DNA of 64,000 bases. Origin: an uncultured Verrucomicrobiae bacterium. Lineage in GTDB: Bacteria > Verrucomicrobiota > Verrucomicrobiia > Limisphaerales > JAFGQR01. Within the stretch, counting starts at the first letter, position 1; each line of letters starts with the position of its first letter. The translations under genes and the position numbers were made by a program. Under the pieces are notes generated by a model, which worked only from the letters and a program-made list of their open reading frames with translations, was not told the DNA's origin and searched no databases. The stretch lies in assembly GCA_963788655.1 (NCBI GenBank), contig CAWBHS010000090.1, forward strand, positions 32,001 to 96,000, given 5' to 3'. Of the stretch, positions 1 through 8,143 are shown piece by piece.

Positions 1-2
1 TG

Positions 3-152
3 CCCATTGAAAAACTTCGCTTCGCGCTGCAATACACGCACTACATGAAGTTCGACGGGGCATCGTCCGACTACGACCAGTCGGGAACCTTTGCCGGGCG
101 GGATGCGAAAGACAACGATACGCTGTTTCTGTCAGCGTGGGTGTTGTTCTGA
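3..152 (+). CDS. 3' end (partial) of an outer-membrane beta-barrel protein, Cyc2-like cytochrome-porin family
   Basis: Manual translation PIEKLRFALQYTHYMKFDGASSDYDQSGTFAGRDAKDNDTLFLSAWVLF*. Ends in aromatic-x-x-Phe and resembles the LQYTxYxKFxG...GRxAxDNxTLxLxxW tail of Cyc2-like proteins. The haem motif would lie outside the window. Confidence 0.6.
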   Translation, partial: PIEKLRFALQYTHYMKFDGASSDYDQSGTFAGRDAKDNDTLFLSAWVLF

Positions 153-181
153 AGTCTCGGGTCCATAGCCCCTGGACAACT

Positions 182-214
182 GGGATTAAGGCGGATTGGT
201 ATAACAATTAATCC
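182..214. repeat. 33-bp palindromic site, copy 1 (GGATTAA-N18-TTAATCC)
   Basis: GGGATTAAGGCGGATTGGTATAACAATTAATCC is 28/33 identical to 2590-2622 by manual alignment. Followed by CTGGTCCCC. Confidence 0.75.
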
Positions 215-234
215 CTGGTCCCCTGTATGGCTTT

Positions 235-1632
235 CTACTTGGCCCGCGTAGAGCGCGCCCCGAGTGTGCCGGACCTCGAAGCCATCTCTCGCTTGGCTGT
301 CATGAGGACATCGGCCGTGTCGGCATGACCCAACTCCGCGAGGGTCCGCGCGAACGCCTCCAAGACGTCCTCCAACTGGGGCGTCAGCACAAGATCCCCA
401 AGCGCCGTGACCAGGCGGCACACGGAAGCGCACACCCTCATCTGCAGGTGCTCCGGCAGCCTCGAGACGACGAGCCGGTAGGCGTGCAACACCTCCACGA
501 ATGTCTCCTGCTGCAACGATTCCGTAGCGACGACCGCAAGGGCCTCCAGCGACTCGAGCACTCGCTTCACCAGACCATCCGGATAGACTAGCGGGAGCGT
601 CCCGTCGCTCCCCTCCACCTCCTCGTAAGACGCGGCCCATCGGGCGAGGATGTCACGCAGGTTCCTCACGACCGCCATCGAGATGCCGGGGTTTTGGTAG
701 GCCGACGAGGCAGACGACCATCCGATCATGTGAAGCTGTTCGACACCGAAGGCGGGGTCACGCCGCACGGAGCGCTGGTAGTCGAGGGCTATGGATGCTC
801 GAGCGGCTTCGGCGAGTCGCTTTGCCTCGTCGGGGCGTTCTGCGCGGGCGCGCGCGAGTACCTCCCCATAGGCCGCGAAGTTCCCCACCTCTATACAGAT
901 CTCCACCTCAACCTTACCCCGCGCCGAGCGCAGCGCCTTTCTGAGCGCACCCACGTCCACGTCCCGCACGTAGCCGTGGCGCTCGGTCCGTACGTTCACC
1001 TCGGTCCCGCCGAAATAGCGCGGCGATCGGTAGCTCGCCAACAGGAGTTCTCGCTGGTGGCGGCGGGCTTCGAGCGTCAGCGTCCGCACATCTCCGATGA
1101 CGGTCTGAGGGCGCATCTGGTTGACCGCGGTGAAGACGAGGATCAGGAGCGCGTAGAGGGCAGCGGCAGTCAGCAGTAAAGACAGTGCGGCGCCGAGCAC
1201 CGGATTGAATCCCTCATGCGCGCTGGAGTGCACTAGGAGAACGAACATCGTGGCGCCCAGGAAATAGCCCATCAGCGTTTGATTCCGCCGCCGCATGAGA
1301 AACGAGTAGACCACCTGTGGCGCAAGGAGGGAGGCGGACTGTTGCAAGGCGAGAAGCAGCATGGAAAAGGTGATCGAGGTCATGGTGATCAACCCCGTGG
1401 TCAGCATGCTGAGAAAGTCGTTCGTCGACCGTGCCTGCCGGAAGAAATGCGACTCGACCATGTGCCGAGCCGGCAGAACCCACCTCGGCCCATGACTGTC
1501 GAGCCAGATCGTGATGACCGCCACGACGACGCAGACCAGCATGACCGCGGTGGGAACCCAGAGAAACTCCAGGAACCCTTTACGGATGCGGCTCCACGCC
1601 TTTGATCCGTCTATCGGGACGACGGGAGGCAC
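235..1632 (-). CDS. DUF2254 family membrane protein
   Basis: 465 aa ORF with N-terminal TM helices and motifs TFSMLLLALQQ, GYVRDVD, R...DPAFGVEQL typical of DUF2254. Confidence 0.8.
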   Translation of the reverse strand: MPPVVPIDGSKAWSRIRKGFLEFLWVPTAVMLVCVVVAVITIWLDSHGPRWVLPARHMVESHFFRQARSTNDFLSMLTTGLITMTSITFSMLLLALQQSASLLAPQVVYSFLMRRRNQTLMGYFLGATMFVLLVHSSAHEGFNPVLGAALSLLLTAAALYALLILVFTAVNQMRPQTVIGDVRTLTLEARRHQRELLLASYRSPRYFGGTEVNVRTERHGYVRDVDVGALRKALRSARGKVEVEICIEVGNFAAYGEVLARARAERPDEAKRLAEAARASIALDYQRSVRRDPAFGVEQLHMIGWSSASSAYQNPGISMAVVRNLRDILARWAASYEEVEGSDGTLPLVYPDGLVKRVLESLEALAVVATESLQQETFVEVLHAYRLVVSRLPEHLQMRVCASVCRLVTALGDLVLTPQLEDVLEAFARTLAELGHADTADVLMTAKREMASRSGTLGARSTRAK

Positions 1633-1676
1633 GGCGAGCCTGGTTCAGGTGTGGGAACGAAACGCAGCGAAATTAG

Positions 1677-1755
1677 CGTCGACTTCACGGACATATCCAG
1701 CCCTCGCAAGGTGATGTGACGGCGAGTATTAAAGCTGATTTGTACAAAAAATTAA
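1677..1755. repeat. ~80-bp imperfect direct repeat containing palindromic site copy 2
   Basis: CGTCGACTTCACGGACATATCCAGCCCTCG...ATTAAAGCTGATTTGTACAAAAAATTAA aligns with 2543-2619. Followed by TGGCCCCC at 1761. Confidence 0.85.
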
Positions 1756-1792
1756 CCACTTGGCCCCCGTTTAATTCTTGTATTCGCACACT

Positions 1793-2134
1793 TCAGGACT
1801 GCGGGTCGAACTGGAAGACGCGCAGTTCCTGGTCGCAGCGGCAAGCCTTCGCGATGCGCGCGGCCCACGCGATGGCGTCCTCACGCGAAGACAACTCAAG
1901 TATGGTGAAGCCGCCGTTGAGCGGGGGCGCCCAAGCATAGCCGCCCTCCGCGACCGCACCGTTGGCCGATACGAGCGCAGGCGGTATGTCTTCGTCGATG
2001 CCGCCGCCAAAGACGTAGACCCCAGCGGCTTTCGCCTCGTCAATCACGGCGTGCGCGTCGCGGCCCACCTCCTCCCACTCGCTGTCCGGCACGACCATCG
2101 CCGCGCTTGGAAAGGAGATCAGGTACTTTGCCAT
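1793..2134 (-). CDS. YciI family (DGPF-type) protein
   Basis: 113 aa with MAKYLISF, AGVYVFGGG and GGFTILELSSREDAIAWA, the YciI/DGPF pattern. AG-rich RBS-like sequence upstream. Confidence 0.8.
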   Translation of the reverse strand: MAKYLISFPSAAMVVPDSEWEEVGRDAHAVIDEAKAAGVYVFGGGIDEDIPPALVSANGAVAEGGYAWAPPLNGGFTILELSSREDAIAWAARIAKACRCDQELRVFQFDPQS

Positions 2135-2183
2135 GGTGCATTTTCTCTCGAAGGATTGATGACGATCGTAAAGCGTGTGTGCG

Positions 2184-2203
2184 GCCTAACGCCCAGGATG
2201 TGC
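2184..2203 (-). mobile_element. Right half of an integron attC-like site (L'-spacer-R')
   Basis: Minus strand GCACATC-CTGGGC-GTTAGGC has 7-6-7 geometry ending in GTTRRRY, 50 bp upstream of the yciI start. Confidence 0.55.
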
Positions 2204-2259
2204 GACGCCGGTCACCGACCTATCAAGAATAACCGTGTCGGAGTCAATCTAGTTCTAAT

Positions 2260-2343
2260 ATTAGCGATTAATCCTCTCTGACTCGGTTTTTCTTCCGGTT
2301 TTTCTTCAAAATTAGCGGTTAATCCTCTCTGATCCGATTTTTT
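2260..2343. repeat. Two tandem ~33-bp direct repeats ATTAGCGRTTAATCCTCTCTGAYYCGRTTTTT
   Basis: Copies at 2260-2292 and 2311-2343. They share the TTAATCC half of the palindromic site plus a CTGAnnnG motif. Confidence 0.8.
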
Positions 2344-2344
2344 C

Positions 2345-2525
2345 CGCGCAACCCCATTTTGGTCGAAATGAAGCGCAGACTTACCGAGCGACGTAAAGCG
2401 AAGATGGGTATCGTTGGCGCAGCGATGCGGAAACTCGTGCACATCATCTACGGCGTCTTAAAATCCGGGAAGCCCTTTGATCTTAATTTTTCTTCGGCAC
2501 AGGCTTCACGGATACGACGGTATCT
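2345..2525 (+). pseudogene. IS110-family transposase C-terminal remnant with right end
   Basis: Peptide EMKRRLTERRKAKMGIVGAAMRKLVHIIYGVLKSGKPFD is the typical IS110 C-terminus. It is followed by GACGGTATCT, similar to the IS621-type end with a CT core. Confidence 0.8.
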
Positions 2526-2542
2526 GACCCGGTTTTTCTGTC

Positions 2543-2622
2543 CGTCGGCTTCACGGACGTATCCAGCCCTCGAAAAGTCAAGAACGGCGGGGATTAAAGC
2601 TGATTTGTACAAAAATTAATCC
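2543..2622. repeat. ~80-bp imperfect direct repeat containing palindromic site copy 3
   Basis: Aligns with 1677-1755. GGATTAA (2591-2597) and TTAATCC (2616-2622) form a perfect 7-bp inverted repeat. Confidence 0.85.
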
Positions 2623-2814
2623 TTCTTTATATTTTCGCCGAGCCCAGAAAAGCTGCTCTTGAAGGTTACCCCAGATGCTCGGAGGATCCACTCAGCCGTC
2701 CTTGGCTGGTTGCTTCAAATACTGGATTGCAAGACCTGACCCCGATGCCCTGCAGCGATCGCCCCCGCCAAAACCGTGGTCTGTTCCCGATTGTTCTTCG
2801 CCGATTGTTCGCGC

Positions 2815-2821
2815 GTTAGGC
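2815..2821 (-). mobile_element. attC-like inverse core site R'' (GCCTAAC), rest of site truncated
   Basis: RYYYAAC 8 nt after the stop of ORF 2830-3747. It is the exact complement of the GTTAGGC directly before that ORF's start. Confidence 0.5.
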
Positions 2822-2829
2822 CACCTCGA

Positions 2830-3747
2830 TCAGAACGGAATATCATCATCGCTAAACTCAGAATGAAAGCTCTTTCCGTATCCCAACTCATCCAAATCAA
2901 GATCGTCATCGATATTCAGGCCGCAAAACTCACAATGAATCAGACGAACGAATTCGCCGGCCACCACCCTCTCAGCGCTGTCGACATCGAAAACATAATC
3001 AGGCTCCGCAACCAATACCGCCCGCTGGTTGCACGCGGGACACGTCGTTTCATATCGGTGTTCCGATTCGAGCCGTTCATCAGTAACCGCCTCGCTGCGT
3101 CGCACCGCCTCCTCATCTTGTTTGGTTGCCTCCCAGTTACTTCTGTGTTCCTCCAGCTTGAGGCGAAGGATGTTCTTGCTATCTTGCTGATAATTTCTGG
3201 CGACATCGATAACGTTATTCTCACATGCTCCGAACCACTCCTTGCGAGAGTTCCTAAGTTCATCGGCAAAATCGATCGTGATGAAGTAGAAATCTCTCTT
3301 CAGTAGGACCATCGCCTTTTCGACGTCGAATAGCGCAAGGTCGTGGTGTGCAAGGACATCGCGCAGATTAGAGAGTCCGAACAGACGATTCTTATTCTTT
3401 TGGGCGGATTCGGAGACCGCCGCAGCTCTAAGTAGGGAATTACGGAAGGTAATAACGTCCGCTTGCGGTGTTTTTGCCAAGATAGTCTTGTTGTCAGCTC
3501 CGTCGACGATTCTTTGCCCGTATAACACTCGCAGTGAATGGCGGAATTCGGGCGACACAAGAACGTAGGTAGGATTTAGATCGTAGAGAATGCCCTTTAA
3601 TACTCTCTCCATGCCAATGGCGAAGTTCAGAATCGCCTGAATTGTGTCGATGCGGCTCATATCCTCTGCGATGCGGGAAGCGCATTCCTGCAAGAAGAAA
3701 CGAGCGCTATCGATGAATGGGTTGTGTTTCACTTTGGTCACATTCAC
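2830..3747 (-). CDS. HEPN-like domain protein with C-terminal Zn ribbon, cassette-borne
   Basis: ERVLK helix plus RDVLAH (RxxxxH), CPAC and CEFC pairs. Visibly lower GC than the flanks. GTG start directly after GTTAGGC; start uncertain. Confidence 0.65.
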   Translation of the reverse strand: MNVTKVKHNPFIDSARFFLQECASRIAEDMSRIDTIQAILNFAIGMERVLKGILYDLNPTYVLVSPEFRHSLRVLYGQRIVDGADNKTILAKTPQADVITFRNSLLRAAAVSESAQKNKNRLFGLSNLRDVLAHHDLALFDVEKAMVLLKRDFYFITIDFADELRNSRKEWFGACENNVIDVARNYQQDSKNILRLKLEEHRSNWEATKQDEEAVRRSEAVTDERLESEHRYETTCPACNQRAVLVAEPDYVFDVDSAERVVAGEFVRLIHCEFCGLNIDDDLDLDELGYGKSFHSEFSDDDIPF

Positions 3748-3770
3748 GCCTAACAATTATTGAACGTCTC
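3748..3770 (-). mobile_element. attI- or attC-like simple site
   Basis: Minus strand CGTTCAA-TAATT-GTTAGGC immediately before the ORF start. No intI gene is adjacent. Confidence 0.45.
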
Positions 3771-4053
3771 AATCGCCATATAAAACCGACGCCGAAATCG
3801 AAACTTGATTGGAATCCCCAATCGGCTCAGCCATCTTCGTGACCTTGCTAATTTATTATTTGCCGGAAATATACCTCAATTTCGCCGTATAACAAATTGA
3901 AGCGTCGATTTGCGTTGTTAATGTAGTTATGAGGCTGAGCGCGCTTGGTAAAAAGCGCTTTAGAGTAGGTAGTTAACGAGAGAAGCAGTTGAAGCGCATG
4001 CGCAAGTACCGCGTCTTGATTTTAGTACAATCGGTAATGCGCCCTGGCTGGGT

Positions 4054-5598
4054 TCATGTGTCACCGCCGCGTTGCTCATACAGCATCCGCACCATATCAA
4101 TCGTGTCCGCTTCACTGGCCCGCTTATCATCCCGATAGCGTTTCACCCGCGCAAAACGCAACGCGAGGCCGCGCGGGTATTGCGGGCTTGCCTGGATATC
4201 GTTGAAGGCGATTTCCACTACCAGCTCGGGGCGAACGTGGACGACGTGTTGCTCGCGGCCGATTTCCCGGGCCAGGAGTTCGCGGGTCTGCCATTCGAGC
4301 AGTTGATCGGTGAGGCCTTTGAACGTCTTGCCGAGCATGACGAAGGTGTTGTCGCGCGGATCGCGCGCCCCGAGATGCAGATTCGACAACCAGCCTTTGC
4401 GCCGCCCGCTGCCCCACTCCGCTGCGAGCACCACCAGGTCGAGGGTGTGCACCTGCTTGATCTTGAGCCAGCCGCTGCCGCGGTTGCCGGCTTCGTAGGG
4501 TGCATCGAGTGCTTTGGCCATGATCCCTTCGTGGCCGGCGGCGAGCGCCGCGGTGTAGAAGTCGTGGGCCTGTTCCACAGAGTTCGTCACCAGGCGCGGA
4601 ATCAAGACGTCCGCGGGCAGTGCTTCTCGCAGTGCGGCGAAGCGCTCTTCGGTACCGCGATCGAGCCAGTCCTCACCGTCCCAATGCAGACAATCGAAGT
4701 ACCAGGCTTGCAACGGCAAGGCGTTGCGCAGGTCTTCGGCATCGCGCTTGCGCCCGAAGCGGCGCATGGTGATCTGGAACGGTTGCGGTCGCCCGTCTGC
4801 GCGCACGGCGATCGCTTCGCCGTCCAGGATCAGCGATTGCGCCGGCCATGATTGCGCTGCCTTTACCAATTCGGGTACGGCCCCGGTGACGTCGTGCAGA
4901 CCGCGGCTGAACACCCGCACTTCACTACCGCGCTTGTGCAGTTGCACCCGCGCGCCGTCGAGTTTGTATTCCAACGCCGCGCCGCCCAGTTGTTCGAGTG
5001 CGGTCTCGGCGTCTTGCGCGGTTTGCGCCAGCATGGGCTGCAGCGGTTGCATGAGAGTGAGTGCAAAGCGCGCCAGACCGGCGGCTCCTTCGGCCAAGGC
5101 GGCCGACGCCACCGCACCGATGTCGCCGCTGACCATCAGTGCCCGGCGCACGGCGGCCAACGGTTGGTTCACCGCCTGCGCCAGGGCTTCGACCAGCAAA
5201 CCTTCGGCCGCGCCCTGGCGCAATTCACCCAGCAGCAGCCGCGTGAGAAAGTGTTGTTCGCCGGCAGTGGCGCCGGCGTACAACCCGGCGAGGTGTTGCC
5301 GGCGACGGGCGGCGGAGCCGCTGCCGGACGTGGCCGCGAATTCGTCCAAGGTCCGATCGATGTCGTGCAGGTCGAGACTGGGGGCGCCCGCCGCTGGCAC
5401 CGCCGCCATTTCACGCAGCAGAGCCGGTCCCAGGCCGATGCGCCCCTGGGGCAGTTTGCCGGCCAGATAGTTCACGCCCAGCGCCCGTTCGTCGGCGGCA
5501 AGTCGCACCAGTAAATCAACCAGCGCGGTAATCTTGCGCGAGCGGCTGGCGGTGGCGGAAAGCAATGCGGACGTCTGTACGAGTTCGTCGAGCAGCAT
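4054..5598 (-). CDS. ATP-dependent DNA ligase (LigB-like)
   Basis: Motif I EYKLDGARVQ, ILDGE, EGIMAK, WLKIK, LRFARVKRYRDDK. Confidence 0.93.
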   Translation of the reverse strand: MLLDELVQTSALLSATASRSRKITALVDLLVRLAADERALGVNYLAGKLPQGRIGLGPALLREMAAVPAAGAPSLDLHDIDRTLDEFAATSGSGSAARRRQHLAGLYAGATAGEQHFLTRLLLGELRQGAAEGLLVEALAQAVNQPLAAVRRALMVSGDIGAVASAALAEGAAGLARFALTLMQPLQPMLAQTAQDAETALEQLGGAALEYKLDGARVQLHKRGSEVRVFSRGLHDVTGAVPELVKAAQSWPAQSLILDGEAIAVRADGRPQPFQITMRRFGRKRDAEDLRNALPLQAWYFDCLHWDGEDWLDRGTEERFAALREALPADVLIPRLVTNSVEQAHDFYTAALAAGHEGIMAKALDAPYEAGNRGSGWLKIKQVHTLDLVVLAAEWGSGRRKGWLSNLHLGARDPRDNTFVMLGKTFKGLTDQLLEWQTRELLAREIGREQHVVHVRPELVVEIAFNDIQASPQYPRGLALRFARVKRYRDDKRASEADTIDMVRMLYEQRGGDT

Positions 5599-5751
5599 CG
5601 GTTCTCCGCCAGCGCCAAGGTTCCAGGGCAGTGCTTATTGCATCAGCTTGGGCCGCCCTGCGGCGGGTACAAGCGCAGACGGTCGATAACTGTCGCCGCT
5701 GGCCGTACCATGGCCCCCGGGTTCAGCGTTCACGCATATATCTCTGACGCC

Positions 5752-7512
5752 ATGCAACGATCGATCGCCCAACGCTGGCGCGCCGCCTGGGGACGCGCCT
5801 TGGACAATTTCCGGCTCCGGGTTTCGCGCCCGGACGCCCTGCCCCAACTGGCGCTGCTGGGCGTGATCAGCGGCGTGCTGGCGGGACTGACCATCATCGC
5901 CTTCCGGCTCACGGTGCAGTGGATCCGCATGGCGTGGGTGCCGGGCGCCAGTTTCGGTGTCGAACACTACGAACACATGCCCGCACTGTGGCGGCTGCTG
6001 CTGCCGTTGGGCGGCGGCGTGCTGCTGGGCCTGGGATTTCACTTCCTGGCCGATAGCGAACGCCGGGTCGGCGTTTTGCACATCATGGAACGCCTGGCCT
6101 ATCACCAGGGACACTTGCCGTGGCGCAATGCGCTGGCGCAGTTTCTGGGGGGCGTTGCGGCCATCGTCAGCGGCCAGTCCATCGGTCGAGAGGGTCCGAG
6201 CGCGCATCTGGGCGCCGCCAGCAGCAATCTGCCCGCCCAGGCGCTGCAACTGCCCAACAACAGTTTGCGGGTCATGCTTGCCTGCGGTGCCGCTGCCGGG
6301 ATCGCCGCATCGTTCAACATCCCGTTGGCGGGCACGGTGTTCGCCATGGAAGTGTTGATGATGGAATACACCGTCGCCGGCTTCGCGCCGGTGATCCTGG
6401 CATCGGTCAGTGCGACTTTTCTCACCCGCTTGGTGTTCGGCGAGAACCTGGCCTTTCAAGTGCCGCTGCTGCAACTGGGTTCGTTGCTGCAATTGCCGTA
6501 CATCGTCGTGCTCGGCATCGCGGTGGGCGCCTTGGGCGCAGGGTTTGGACGGGTAATGGCAGTGCTGGCGCGCGCCGCCATGCGCATGCCGGTCTGGCTG
6601 GGCCTGAGTCTGGCGGGCCTGGTCGTTGGCGTGTGCGGCCTGCTGCAACCGGCGGTACTGGGCATCGGTGACCAGGCCATCACCCGCGCCCTGGACGGGC
6701 ATCTGGAAATCGTATTCCTGCTCACCCTGCTGGCGCTGAAGTTCATCGCCAGCAGCGCTGCGTTGGGCTTGGGCATACCGGGCGGCGTGATCGGCCCGAG
6801 TCTGGTGCTGGGCGCCACTGTTGGCGCGCTGCTCGGCGTATTGGCGGCCGCCGCGGATCTGGCTCCGGCCAGCGCGGTGGGGATGTATGCGCTGATCGGC
6901 ATGGGCGCGATGATGGCCGGTACGTTGCAGGCGCCGCTGACAGGCTTGGTCGCCATGCTCGAACTCACCGGCCATCCCCAAGTGCTGTTGCCGGGCATGC
7001 TGGCGGTGATCACAGCGACCATCACCTACGGCATGCTGTTTCGGCGCGAGTCCATATTCCGCACCGGCATGCGCATCCGCGGCATCGACTACCGCAACGA
7101 CGCGCTCGCCCAAAGCCTGCGCCGGGTCGGCGTCGCCGGCGTCATGGAACGCGGCGTCGCTACCGTGCCGCGCCAAGTCGAGCGGGCGCGGGCCGAACAG
7201 AGCCTGGCAGACAATCAGACATGGTTGCTGGTCCGCGACCCGGACCAGCCGGACGTGTTGTTGGCCGCAGTGGACCTGGTGCGCGCATTGAAGGAGAACC
7301 CCGACGCCGCGTCCTTCGATCTGCGCGAACTGCCCGGCGCGCGCCTGCAGGCTGCGCCCATCGACATGCAGGCGAGCCTGCAGGAAGCGCGGGAGTTGAT
7401 GCAGGAATCGGGGGCCGAAGCGCTGTACGTAACGCGCCATACGGTGCCGGGCGTGATCCGCGTTTACGGCGTGCTGTTGAACGAAGACATCGAGCGCGGC
7501 TATCGCTTATGA
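5752..7512 (+). CDS. CLC family chloride channel/antiporter with C-terminal CBS-like region
   Basis: GREGP, CGAAAGIAASFNIPLAG, GIPGGVIGP motifs and many TM helices. Start uncertain. Confidence 0.9.
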   Translation: MQRSIAQRWRAAWGRALDNFRLRVSRPDALPQLALLGVISGVLAGLTIIAFRLTVQWIRMAWVPGASFGVEHYEHMPALWRLLLPLGGGVLLGLGFHFLADSERRVGVLHIMERLAYHQGHLPWRNALAQFLGGVAAIVSGQSIGREGPSAHLGAASSNLPAQALQLPNNSLRVMLACGAAAGIAASFNIPLAGTVFAMEVLMMEYTVAGFAPVILASVSATFLTRLVFGENLAFQVPLLQLGSLLQLPYIVVLGIAVGALGAGFGRVMAVLARAAMRMPVWLGLSLAGLVVGVCGLLQPAVLGIGDQAITRALDGHLEIVFLLTLLALKFIASSAALGLGIPGGVIGPSLVLGATVGALLGVLAAAADLAPASAVGMYALIGMGAMMAGTLQAPLTGLVAMLELTGHPQVLLPGMLAVITATITYGMLFRRESIFRTGMRIRGIDYRNDALAQSLRRVGVAGVMERGVATVPRQVERARAEQSLADNQTWLLVRDPDQPDVLLAAVDLVRALKENPDAASFDLRELPGARLQAAPIDMQASLQEARELMQESGAEALYVTRHTVPGVIRVYGVLLNEDIERGYRL

Positions 7513-7685
7513 GGCTGACGCCGGGATTGCACGCCCGGCCCAGCGCGCTTTACCGAATTGCGCATCGCCTCATGCGAGTTGCGTTTGCCGCGGATTTTAT
7601 CGTTACCATTGCACCATCCGGTGTCGTGGCTTTGCCAGGGTTATGCATGTCGCGGCCCATCGCGGAAACTTCATGCGGGAGCGCA

Positions 7686-8003
7686 ATGATGCGATCCGTC
7701 ATAATCCTGGGCATCGTAAGTATTTCGTATGCGAGCGCCTGTACGCCGGAAAACACGCTGAGCGAACAGGAGCGTCAGTTGCAGAATGCCGCGGACAGTG
7801 AAGTTGCGGCGATCCTGTTCGAGGAAGACCTTAGCCAGCGTGCTTCATACAAAGTGCGCAAGAACGGCGTCGTGGTCATCAAGTTCGCCGAGTCGGTGAC
7901 GCCGGCAACCTATACGCGCGTGGTCCAACGGCTGCGCAGCGATCCCCACATCCGCGCAGTGCGAGCCGAGCAGGCGGGACGCGAAGTCTGTCCGCTGCGC
8001 TGA
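7686..8003 (+). CDS. Hypothetical lipoprotein
   Basis: MMRSVIILGIVSISYASAC signal/lipobox-like N-terminus and host-like codon usage. Confidence 0.6.
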   Translation: MMRSVIILGIVSISYASACTPENTLSEQERQLQNAADSEVAAILFEEDLSQRASYKVRKNGVVVIKFAESVTPATYTRVVQRLRSDPHIRAVRAEQAGREVCPLR

Positions 8004-8027
8004 GCGTGGCAATTGGTTGCCGTAGGC

Positions 8028-8072
8028 GTAGGTCGGGCTGCACCCGACATGCCGGCCGACAGGCCGACCTAT
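8028..8072. repeat. GTAG-type REP-like palindrome
   Basis: GTAGGTCGGGCTGCACCCGAC...GCCGACCTAT between convergent genes. Confidence 0.45.
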
Positions 8073-8143
8073 GTGGGCGTGGGAACGGTTATCAGTAAGG
8101 CATCGATATCGCGCGAACGCGTGCAAGGTGGCCATGGGCCGCC

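Noticed and set aside
1738..1752. TTTGTACAAAAAA resembles the lambda/Gateway att core (possible vector contamination)
   Set aside because: Only the short core matches, the flanks do not, and it is part of a diverged natural repeat.
182..2622. 33-bp palindromic repeats as a CRISPR array
   Set aside because: Copies are 0.9-1.5 kb apart with whole genes between them.
5635..7440. Long antisense ORFs (also 13894-15972, 20188-21966, 30077-31534, 33557-35191, 36604-38481)
   Set aside because: These are shadows of well-supported genes in GC-rich DNA and show no family motifs.
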